In this document: in pieces, positions 53,431 through 64,000 of the stretch
Numbering within the stretch: position 1 is the first letter of the stretch
Layout: each line of letters opens with the position of its first letter
Source of the DNA: Lama guanicoe
Taxonomy: Eukaryota
Reading direction: 5' to 3'
DNA length: 64,000 bases
NCBI GenBank assembly: GCA_013239625.1
Contig: MU053810.1
Span: 1,311,320-1,375,319 of the forward strand
Notes under the pieces: generated by a model
Told to the model about the DNA's origin: nothing
What the model saw: only the letters and a program-made list of their open reading frames with translations
The model's database searches: none
Made by a program: the position numbers and the translations under genes

Positions 53431-55589
53431 GTTGGATTGGCACTAAGAAAGAATTCTACCCTTTAACAGAGCTTATAAAAAATGAGAGTATCTGATGTCT
53501 TGGCCCAAGCATATTAAATCTAATATCTCTTGGAGTATCTAAGCATTCCAGGTCATTTTTATGTTTAATTATGCTAGTCACTTCTCATCTCATATTTGAA
53601 ACGTATTTATAAGAGATCAGTTCTCTTAGAATGCTTTATTTGATGTTGTTCACAAGAGCCAATACATAGCTTCTGTAACTAATATTTTTTGAGAACAATA
53701 ATGAGACATATTCACATAAAGTTCCAATTTGCTAATCTACACATAAGTGTTTTTCTTTATTAAGTAGAATTTAAAACACCATTAAGGGCCAGTGACTTCT
53801 TGCTGAATTGCCACCATTTGGTCTCTGTATTCCTTTTGCTCTTTGTGACCCAGGGAACCCTGGCGATATTTCACCCAGGGAACTTTGTTCTTTCTGTCTG
53901 ACCAAACTAACCTTCAGGTCTATGCATTTGTTTATCTGAAACCTCCATGTAATTTTATAAAAGCTTCCCAAATAAATAGAAAATTGGCATTCTAGGAAAT
54001 GTTTCTAAGCTACATTCCTGCTCTAGGAGTAGCGCGATGACTTTACAGCAGACAGCAGTGTCACTGGGTTTGTCCATCAGGTTGCCCAATACTGCTCTTG
54101 ACCTTGTCTTTGTGAAACATTTTCCTTTGGAATTCTCTTTATGTCATCCTCAATTTTTTTTGCTCAGTTGGCTTTCCTCACTCTGCTTACGAACACTTGG
54201 AATTCTATTCTATTGGGAAGTATCTCTCCGGATTTTTTTTTTTAATTTATAAGATCTCAGAGAAGAGTTGCTGGCTAATCTGTATATTAGACCAGTATAT
54301 ATATGGGTCAAGTGATGTTTGAGCAAAATGGTTAGTGATGCTTTTGTGAACCTATTATCTTCCATTACCAAATTCCTGCATTTGTGCATCCAGCCTGCTA
54401 GCCTCATTCTCTGCTGACCTTTTCACACATTTACTCTTTATATTTTTATGTATTGGCACAGTTGTTCAGCCACCCTTGATCATCTAATCCAATCCCTTTT
54501 CTCTTTAACCTGTCTTCAACTTTTGTTTTGTTGACTGATTTGGCCTTTACGCTCATTGGATTTTTACTTTTCATTGAATTAATTCCCTTCCACATCCTAA
54601 CAGTGTACGCTCTGCCACACGCTCTTCAGGCCTTTGCTTTCTTTCTTGAGAAATCAGAGTTCAGGGTGGCTTCTCCAGAAAAACCCAACGAAAGTGTTTT
54701 CCCAGTGTCCACATCCAGGACGTCTGTCCTGGTGGTCTGGAAACCTAGTCAAGGAGAAGCCCCATCTGGTCACCAAAAAATGCCTGCCAGGACAAAAATA
54801 GAGTTGTTTTCATTTGTTCATTTGTTTCTTTTAGAAATAAAGGAATTAAGAGAGAGGAATCAATATTACAGATTATACACGCATTCAACAATTGGTTAAA
54901 TATACCACTAATTTCAAATTGTACAAGTCGAGAGTCATTAAAATCCTCCAAGATTCCCTCACTAAGAGCTTAGGTGACGCTTGTCTTTGGCTGTTATTCC
55001 TTGTGAGACTTCTAGAAACACTGATGTCTCCATCTTTATTATGGAATTACAGTGTTTGTCTTGGCTGCTTCATTGGGCTGTCCTGAGAACTGGATAAAGT
55101 AATGTGGACAGAAGTTCTTTGTAAATTCTATTACTTCAATATAAAGCCTCAAATAGTTTCTGAAAGAGAAGAGGTTCTTTCTTACGCTCTTTGGGATCCA
55201 CGCTGCTCCTCTCATTGTGTTCAGCTAATATTTATTGATTAAACTCACACTGATGGTGTGTGAGTGCTATATTTTGATAGTCAGGCCAAGTGTAAGATAC
55301 TAGAATTTTTACAAAAGATCAAAAGAGATTTGAGAACTGGCACCATCAGAGTAGTAGAGCCACGTTATATGTGTGTGGTCAGTTCTCCATCTTTCACATG
55401 CACGACTGCTATCCTGGCCAGTTCACAACAAAACATGAGAGTAAGCATATCACAGAGGCTTAATTCTGAGACATAGGCATGTAATGAACCGTAATGAGCG
55501 TTAGAGGAAGTCACTGAAATTTTCTTCCCTTTGCATCGCATTTTCAAACAAAGGGTAATTAAAACACAAGATTTTGGAACATTAGGGAG

Positions 55590-55740
55590 ACCCTGATATT
55601 GAGGGTCAAGAGTTACGGGCTCTGATGACTGCCATCACCAACCAGGTCATTTCTACCCAGTCCGTTTACTTCTCTGAGCCCCAGTTTCCTTACGTCAATG
55701 GGAACGGGGGCAGGGACTTGGACCAGAAGAGCTAATAAAG
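55590..55740 (+). mobile_element. MIR fragment
   Basis: agtccgtttacttctctgagccccagtttccttacgtcaatggg. Confidence 0.6.
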
Positions 55741-56294
55741 GCCATGTCAGCGTGGATTTTTATCACCTTCTCCTCTTTTCCTACCATGGCACTTGGCACG
55801 GCCTCTCGTTTCATACCAGTTATTTTTCACTGTCATGTTGGCCACAGATGAAAAAACTCTGGGTCTCTCTTGGTGGTTTACCTCTGAAAGTAAGCATATT
55901 GCTGCACTGACTTTGTTAGAGGGATGCCATTAAAAACAATCATTTGTTTTTTTTTAAAAAAAAAGAAATGAAAAATCAATTGAGCCCAGTGTTTCCTTTG
56001 GAAGACAAATGGTTTGCTATCTTGTAGAGGTTTTCATTGGCAAAGCCGAAAACTGTCTGTTTGCTGAACTGATCATAAAAATGACTTGTCTGTGTATTTT
56101 CCTACGCTTTTTTCTTTAACCATCACTGTTATTTTAGGACGGGGTGCTTCCTCCCATCTATTTCAGGCTTTTTGGTGTTTGCTCTGCTAGTCATTTGATG
56201 AACTTTTCATCAATATGTCAGTTCCTTTAGCCTTTATATTTCTGATAATTAGCACTGCACACTGCATATATTAGAAGCTTCATAAAAGGTTTCT

Positions 56295-56450
56295 GATAAT
56301 AGCTAACATTCATAGGATACTTAATATGTATCAGGTATAATTAAAGGCACTTTCACATATATTAAGTGAGTTAAGCCCTAAGAGACAGGTGTTTTAAGTT
56401 TATGTATTTTATAGATGAGGAAACTGAAGCACTAATTGATTAAGGAATTA
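56295..56450 (-). mobile_element. MIR, antisense
   Basis: ataatagctaacattcatagg...cactttcacatatatt...ttttatagatgaggaaactgaagcac. Confidence 0.8.
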
Positions 56451-57389
56451 TCTTTCTCTTCTACATCCTGGATGAGAGTCTTAAGTTTATTTTCTTCAAC
56501 AATAAGCTATTTTTTGAAATGCCTATTTCTGTGTTTGTTACCACCAACATACATTTTAATTCCAATTTTTGCACCTCTATTGTTTAAAATGTCCACATAA
56601 TCTTCCTTTTCTTATTCCTGTTTATATCTGTTTCATTTCTTCTCTCTCTCCATTTGTCTGTTTCATAGAAGCCATTTTTTCTTACAGTAGATCATTCTCT
56701 GGGTCTTTATGATAATGTTCCTTTCACCTTTTCCTAGCATAATGTGTAAGGTGGCACGTTTATTTTCCCTTGTGGATTGAGGTCAATAAACAGAGTGTAG
56801 AAGGTGTCCATGTCCCCACTCCACTGCTGCCTGGGTGATTTGAAGTCCAACTCAAATCAAATGGTGGGAAGGGTGATGAGAACAAGCAATTCCATTTTCA
56901 GCTCTACCCCACGGTGCTAAGTGGTCCTTGGATCTGCCAAACTGATGAATAATAGATGCTGAAAGGTCTAAAATACAGTGCACAGCCTGAGCTTTTGTGA
57001 GGATTTTCACCCTAATTCCATCCTCACCTTCAGTGGCTTGAGCTGTGAGGAATTTCTCTCACAGGATGTCATGTGCCCCCAAATCAATATCTTTGGGTCA
57101 TGGTGCTTTTAGGGGTTCCTCCCACTGTAAAGACATGAGATGAAAGCACACCTTGGAAGTAAAAAAAACGACTCCTTGTTCTCTGCTGGGCACCGATTGT
57201 GAATTTACAATTAAAATCTGCTCATACAAGATGTCGAAGCTTGGGTATGTTTGTCTTAATCTGCCTGAATTGTTATTTGAAGAAATTTCTCCTGGTCTCT
57301 GGCAACAGGTGGAATATCAATCTTAGTTTGGGGTTTCTGGGTTTTCTTCTTTTCTGGATCATCAGAGATATCCATATGCAAAGATATAA

Positions 57390-57560
57390 GCATTCAGTGT
57401 AGTTTAGTGCAAAATGTGTATACCACTAAGTGCCTCTTGTCTCAGGCTGCAGATGAAGCAGTGAACAAGACAGACATTACTGCTGCCTTCATGGAGTTAG
57501 AGATTAGGAGAGAAAACACACCCTTAACCATTTATTATGTATGTGTGATGAGTGTCTAAA
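57390..57560 (-). mobile_element. L2 3' fragment, antisense
   Basis: taagtgcctcttg...gctgcagatgaagcagtgaacaagacagaca...ctgccttcatggagtt. Confidence 0.6.
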
Positions 57561-59849
57561 AGTGGAAGAAAAACTCCTGGGCGTATTTGCCGTAGTCAGG
57601 TATCATTTCAAAATGCCCATATGAGTTTATGAGCTACCTTTGCCTTTGTGTGGGGGAAAAAAAAAACAGTTCTTTTTTTTTTTTCTTTTGCTTTGCTTTG
57701 CTTTCGAGAGTTCACAGCAATTGTAGTCACCTGAAAGCATCAAATATTTTCTCCCATAATCTCCCAAACAGAATAGCACGCTATGTAAAGAGTGGCATTA
57801 ATTCTAGAAGGTTTTTTCTACTCCCTTACATTTTCACAAAAGAGAAAACTAATTAGCTACAGTGATCATAGTTCTTTGAAGAACTGTTCTGCAATCATGC
57901 TTTCTTGTTAAACCATCATTCCCCAGGTTCTTTTGTTTCCATGTGGGAGGAGGCGGTAGATCCTTCAGTTACTCCAGTGTCATTATTCCTAACCCGCTAA
58001 CATTTCTTCTTTGGTAAAAAGGAAAGCAAGTGACAGATTAATATTAACAAAAATATAATTACTGTGAGCAAAACTGCCTCACTTGCTGTTTGTGGGAAAC
58101 AATGTGTGTATTCAACACCATGGCTAGCACCACAATGGACAAAATTGGTGCTTTGGATGGAAAATTTGCGGTTTTGAGTTAACTTTCCAACATACAAATG
58201 GATTCAGTGTATTCCTTCACTCTTTCCTTTTTTTAAATGTATCTAAAAATGTCGCATCTGTTACTATAATCACAGACTCCTTTAATACGAAAGCATGTAA
58301 CTAGTACATACTATTTTAAGTCCTAGGGAGAAGCAGTTAATTGGACAAGGCATTATCATAAATTTTTACTCTTGACTAGGTACTATTTAATACCAGCACT
58401 ATATTGTATTTATAATTGAATGCATGTAGGTTAACATTCTTTGAGACAAAGTGCACACAGCACAATGAAGGCTTAAATGGAAATTTAAGGACCTTTAAGA
58501 TGAAAGTATTCATTGAGTGTCTACCTAACTGCTCTTTGGAGGAGAGAGTGACAAGGCACACCAAGTAGATTTCAGAGTAGCAGGTTGCAGGAGCAAAAAA
58601 GCAAAGAGAGAAATAATCCTTTTATTCATCACTTGTTATTGACCAAAATCAAGCATTCCTGTTGCATTCATATAGTGTCATTCTTTTTGAAGAATTCAAA
58701 ATATATTCCCACTCTTGAAACGATTATGCATCTGTAGCATTTCTGAGATTTAAAGAGTATGCTGTGGGTGTCTGCAGGCTAAGGTACTGAGAGTTTAAGT
58801 GATTTACTCAAGGTCATCCAGTTATCCAAGGAAAGAGAAAAGTCGCATTTTTAAATTTCCAGCTGCTCACGTGTTGTCAGTGTGCTGCTCATGTATTACA
58901 ATTTTGTACAGTTCTGTATGAAACTTAGTAAGAGGTGATTCCCAGTTATGGCTCTTCAAGGTGAAGCTCTGGCTGTCACTGAAAAGTCGCCTCCATCACA
59001 AAAGCAGGGAGGGTAAAGAAAGGGAGTCAAAATTACTCTGGAAATTCTCGGTGATAGCCCTTAATTTGCAGATAAGTGGGTTGAGGAGATGAGATTGCTC
59101 ATGAAAAAGTCAAGAGAAGCGGTCTTACTCGTCTTCTGTGGCATGTTAGCTCACAAGAAGGGGAGGATGAACATTGCTGGGCTGTTTAATGGGCTCTCAG
59201 AAGAGGGAGTGAATGATGATCCAGTTTGGAGATCATTGGCTTTGAGTGGCTCAGTTTTAGGCTGCAAGTGTCATGGCCTTCGTGTGTCTCAAAGCAAACT
59301 GGTTTATTAATCTAAAAGTTTCATACAATAACTTTTTTTTTTAAGGAAGCACACATCTAAGTAAAAGAAAAGATTCAATTTATGGTGTTGTGCTATATTT
59401 TCAAAGACTTTTGTTTTTTGTTTCTTATAAAAGAGCAGCATTTTAATGTATTTACTATAGAAAAATTTTAGAATCCAGAAATACATCAAAGAGAAAAACC
59501 TCAAATATAATCAAAATTAATATGTTGACATACATTTAAAAATTAAGATCATACTGTCTGTGTACCATCAGAATGTTTCTTTTTGTACTCTCCATTTTAT
59601 CATAAACTAATTTGGCATTTCATTTCAAAAGTTGGTTTTTAAAGATATTAATTATTCACATATCATCCAGCATTTAGATTTGATTCAAAGGTCATTACCT
59701 AGACTCTTGGTAGATAAACAAGCATCTATTTAGGATTGACTGTATTAATTCTCTTCCTCCTGCAACACATCACATCCTCTTCACTGCATGGGGCAGCTAC
59801 CAAAACTAAGGCATTTGGTGCCTCAGCTTAAACTTTAGTTTTTCTACAT

Positions 59850-60690
59850 TTTCCTTCCTAGGCCATTATGGCCAAGGATTTTTCAATCCAATTTTGTAAG
59901 ATATATTTGCAAATCTAGATCCATCCCCCACCTCTCTCTGTTTTCCCAGACTCGTTCCTTCTGTCCCCCAATCTCAAGACGTGTAGTCAACAAACTTTCC
60001 CGTAGCCTCAACACCTTCTAGAATGGCTTTCCTCACCTCTTTGGCACAACAAAGAAACAGTCTGTCTGTTGAGAACCGTGTTCTCTGGCTGTCACGTTGG
60101 CCACTCCTCATTGTTCCAAGCATCTGCCTCCCTGCACTGGATTGCGGCTTTCAGTTGTATTCATTTCCAGTTCTGTAATCATTCTTAGTGACCTGGGGGT
60201 CAGAGAGTGTATCTTCAGCACACTGTCAGCCCTTTCAGTTCTCTGACTTCTCCCCAATTAGCTTGTATTTATTCTGTGAGTGCAGATCTGCTCATTCTCA
60301 CGGTCACGTCCTGGACATCATCACTACCTACGGCTCCATTACTTAGATTTCAAGCAACACTGTTTCTGACTCATGCCCCATGCTTCCAGACCGCACAATC
60401 TCTCTGGCATAGTCACTGCAATATTACTCATTCTCACTCAGATTCCCAAACTGATGACTCCAAACTAGTTTTTCTATCATCTTCCTCCGGTCTTTACTTG
60501 CATTCTTACCAAAGTTAAATTCCATGGTCCATTACTAAAAGTATTCTCTTGGTAATATGATCATTTCCCTTTCACATTTCTCTCTGTATCACTTATTGGG
60601 AAAAGCTCCTCTTCTGAATGTACCCAGCTGCCTGTCTTTTCTGTGAATACACCTGAGCAACTAAACGTAGGTGAAGAAAATCATAAAAGC
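59850..60690 (+). mobile_element. L2 internal remnant (left part)
   Basis: aattcttagtgacct; aaattccatggtccattac; cacctgagcaactaaacgtaggtgaagaaaatcataa are L2 ORF2-like. Confidence 0.5.
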
Positions 60691-60699
60691 TGGTAGGTA

Positions 60700-62930
60700 G
60701 CCTTTTGCCCCATTTATTTTCCAGACTCACTGAAATAACAACAAAGAATAAAAGCCATATAAATCCACAAGGGCGAGGCAGTGATGAATATCAGACAAAG
60801 GACAAGAGAAGTTGATAACATTTTAGGAGGTAAACACAGGTGGAGGATGACTTATCTGAATGGAACAAAGCTAAAACTTAAGCCCCTGCAGAAGGGGCTT
60901 CGAATGAGGCACAAGTGCATTCACCCCATAGACACCCTGCAACGCCGCACGGTTGGAGGTAGTGAGTACGTCAGTGGTGGAATGGAGCCCCAGGTTGGAA
61001 AACCACTTGCTGAAATCCTATGAGGAGTTCTTAGCTCTCCAAACCCCAACTGCACCCACCCATTCAGAGATCTGTTTGCTGGAGAAATTGTGCCAAACGC
61101 TCCAGATGCAAGAAAAGCAGGTTCAGCAGAGAACAGCATGAGGTGCTGCTCCGAGAACTGCCGGGCTTACGTTCTTTAGGGTGAAAAGCCGATTTTTCTT
61201 TTCCCATAACGTCACAGCCCCCAGCACACCAGCAGTTAACTTTACATCTTCCCCACACCAAACTTCCACCCCACCACACAGTGAAAGATTGAAGTCTCCC
61301 TCAACTGAGAGGTTGAATGACACCAGAATTAAGACCTACAGATTCTATAATAGGGCAGTGCCAAGAAAAGGGTATTTGTTGCCTTAAAACGTAGCCCCTC
61401 CGTCAACCAGTTCAGCCCATGCCGGAGGACCCAGCCATCATCTTCTCAGGGCTCTACTCTTAAATACACCTAAAAAGCTAAGAATAACCAAATGTGGAAG
61501 AAAGGCACTAATGTAAAAGACAGAAAAAACTAATAAATCAAAGATTCAAATAGAAAAGTGAATTCATATGAAACAGAAACAACATACGGATCTAAAGAAA
61601 AATGTTTAATTCTATTTATTGTGCTCAGAAAGTTACACCTGATGTCTATGAAAAAGAAATAGAGAAAAGAGAGCTTAAAGAAATTTAAAACCTAACTCTG
61701 AAAAATTTAAAACGTTAATAAAAGTGTTGGCAGTAAAAAGCGGAGCATCCTCCTAAAAATAGAACATAAAGACAAAATAAGTGATAAAAACGAGAAAACT
61801 TAAGGATCAATTCAGAAGGGTAATATCCAAGAAATAAGAGTTTCAGAAAGAAAGAGCAGAGAAAACAAAGCAGGGAGAGAATTGTCAAGGAGAGAATTGT
61901 CAAAGAAAGAATGCAAAAAACTTCTTCAGACTGATGAGGTGTTAGGTACTGTGAATGAAAAAAGGATCATACAAAGAGTGTCCCCGGGGGAATTTCAGAA
62001 AACCTGGGATGACCGCACTAGTTGTGAATGTAACAGTTCACTTGCAAAGAATGAGGACTAATCTGAGAAATATTGGAAACTAGAAGATAATGGAGATATC
62101 TAGAGATAATGCATTTTCTGGCTTATTCACTAGATTGCATGGTTTTCAAACCTGAGTTCCAAACTAAAAATTGAATATGAGTGTAGTATTACAAACAAAA
62201 GACCTCAAAAAAAAAAAAAACACCCCAAAACATCCCATGCACACTGTGCCCTAGCAAAATGAGGGAGAAAACTGAGGAAGAGGACAAAATGGGACATCAG
62301 CCACAGGACACAGGGCTGATGTTGAAGAAAAGCCCAAGAGGTTCTGGAAAAGCAGATTGAGAGAGTAAGTGGTCCAGGCTGGCGCAAAGGTATCAACCCA
62401 AAGGGGACTTCGGAGTCTCCAAAAGAAATAGTATCCTAAAAGTCCGTCTGATATTTTAATCTAGTGGAAAATTGTATTGAGTTGTTGTTGGAGAGTTTAA
62501 GAATTAGCCACAAAGTATAGAAGACAAAATAAACTGGATAATTAGCTCCAGAAGAAAGGCAAAATAGTAAACGGATGGTTAATCATCATACACTATTGGC
62601 TTAACGGTTAATAGCAATTATTTATGTAGTAATGATGTTATAAACCCTGAGTATGGCTTTAATTATGGAGTGATGGAAGGAGGGCTCTAAGAGGCAGTGA
62701 GCAAGGAGTAGCTGGTTATAGAATACAGTGGAATGTTTAGCTACAACAATAAAATAGATAAATCAAGAAACACCACATGTGTATCTCTGATAAAAATGGA
62801 GGCTCACACTAGAAGAAACAGTTAAGGAAATTGAAAGTATTTGTCTTGGGAGCTTAAGACATTTAGTGCAACTTAAGTTTTTGAACAATATGCATGTAAT
62901 ACTTTAATGAAAATATAAATATGGCAAAAA
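60700..62930 (+). mobile_element. Ancient internally deleted L1M (5' region/ORF1 remnants and 3' end)
   Basis: aggatcaattcagaagggtaatatccaagaaataagagtttcagaaagaaagagcagagaaaac...gagagaattgtcaaagaaagaatgcaa is ORF1-like. A-rich end near 62920. Confidence 0.6.
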
Positions 62931-62940
62931 GGCCCTGTTG

Positions 62941-62969
62941 ACACACACACACACGCACAAACACACACA
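62941..62969. repeat. Imperfect (CA)n
   Basis: Directly visible. Confidence 0.85.
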
Positions 62970-63680
62970 TTTATGACCTCAAATAATCACTCAGCACTCT
63001 TCAACATGCTGTTAAATGTTGCCAGATTGAGTGCTTTTTGAATCAGAAATTACTCCAATTTCATGCCTTCTCCTTTTCTCCTCAGGCTCCTCCACCCCAG
63101 AGTACCAGCTCTGCCAATTACTTACTCTCAAATTTTTTTAAAAGATTCATTGGCAGAGAACTTGCAAGTCTTTCCACAAACAAATGACCGTTTCTCATGT
63201 TCCATTATCTTTTCCCAGAAAAGACCCTGTTTCCCTTGGGGTCCTTTCCTTCTCATCCCAAGAATCTCTCCTTCATCGCCCACCCATCCCATCACCTCCT
63301 TGATCAGACACCAGCCTCTCCTTATCTGTGAAATTATCAACAAACATGCTCTTGTAGCCGTACCTTGAAAAAAAAAAGACAAAACAGCCTTCATTTGTTC
63401 CCACTTTCTGTTCCAGCTCCCAACAAATCCATCTGATCCATTTCAAAGTGTTGCCCACACTCACTGTCTCCAGCTGGGTCCTTCCATTGGCACTGCAACC
63501 TCTCTGATTCCACCATGAACACAATTACTTATATATTCGCTTAGGGTTTTTCTCCACACCCCCATCCCTCAATAAAATGTATACTTTGTGAGGTCAGGAA
63601 TTGGCCTTTATGCAGCTCTCCCATAAACTTAGGACTTAGCACCTGGCCCTCAATAAGTATCTTCAAACAAATGAATTAAG
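62970..63680 (+). mobile_element. L2 remnant (right part, with 3' end)
   Basis: Pyrimidine-rich body ending tgtatactttgtgaggtcaggaa...cttagcacctggccctcaataagtatcttc...aaatgaat. Confidence 0.6.
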
Positions 63681-63724
63681 CATAAAATCTTCATTTCAAA
63701 ACAACACAGTGATTTGCTTAAACA

Positions 63725-63863
63725 TTTTGTTTTGTTTTGGAGGCGGTAATTAGGTTTATTTATTATATTATATACGTTTGATTTAGCGGAGGTACTGGGG
63801 GTCAAACCCATGACCTCATGCACGCTAAGCATGCGTTCTACCGCTAAGCTGTACACTCCCCCC
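63725..63863 (-). mobile_element. tRNA-derived SINE (Vic-1-like)
   Basis: Minus strand reads gggggagtgtacagcttagcggtagaacgcatgcttagcgtgcatgaggtcatgggtttgacccccagtacctcc...aaataaacctaattacc. Confidence 0.85.
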
Positions 63864-64000
63864 TCCGCAATGATTGTTTTTAATGTTTTAGTACACATCG
63901 TGCACTACACAGTATAGAACATACAGTATGACAATCACTTGAATACTGTTTTTAAAGAAGAAATTGATTTAATATGAATTTGTGATGCAAATCAAATGAA

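Noticed and set aside
22275..64000. Next MALRD1 exon completing the EGF domain and transmembrane segment
   Set aside because: No phase-2 exon encoding C-x-x-G-W/F-x-G-x-x-C was found by eye. It probably lies beyond the window; a spliced alignment would confirm.

Overview
AT-rich, CpG-depleted mammalian genomic DNA. The tRNA-derived SINEs (Vic-1-like) and the L1 3' ends suggest a camelid; this is an inference from repeat sequence. The window appears to lie wholly inside one + strand gene, recognisable as MALRD1 (Diet1). Three internal coding exons join in frame through GT-AG introns: 11272-11535 (two LDL-receptor class A modules), 17675-17800 (one LDLa) and 22208-22274 (first four cysteines of an EGF-like module). 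The ORF track misses the second and third exons. The rest is intron filled with L1, L2, MIR, LTR (MaLR/ERVL/ERV1), a Tigger-type MITE, SINEs and simple repeats; old-repeat boundaries and subfamily names are by-eye estimates. I found no evidence of a new multi-gene system. The most notable items are an EGF module split between Cys4 and Cys5 as in ErbB-ligand genes, inverted L1 copies bracketing the three exons, very young micro-insertions with perfect target-site duplications (TSDs), an orphan A95 tract and a minisatellite arising inside a MIR.
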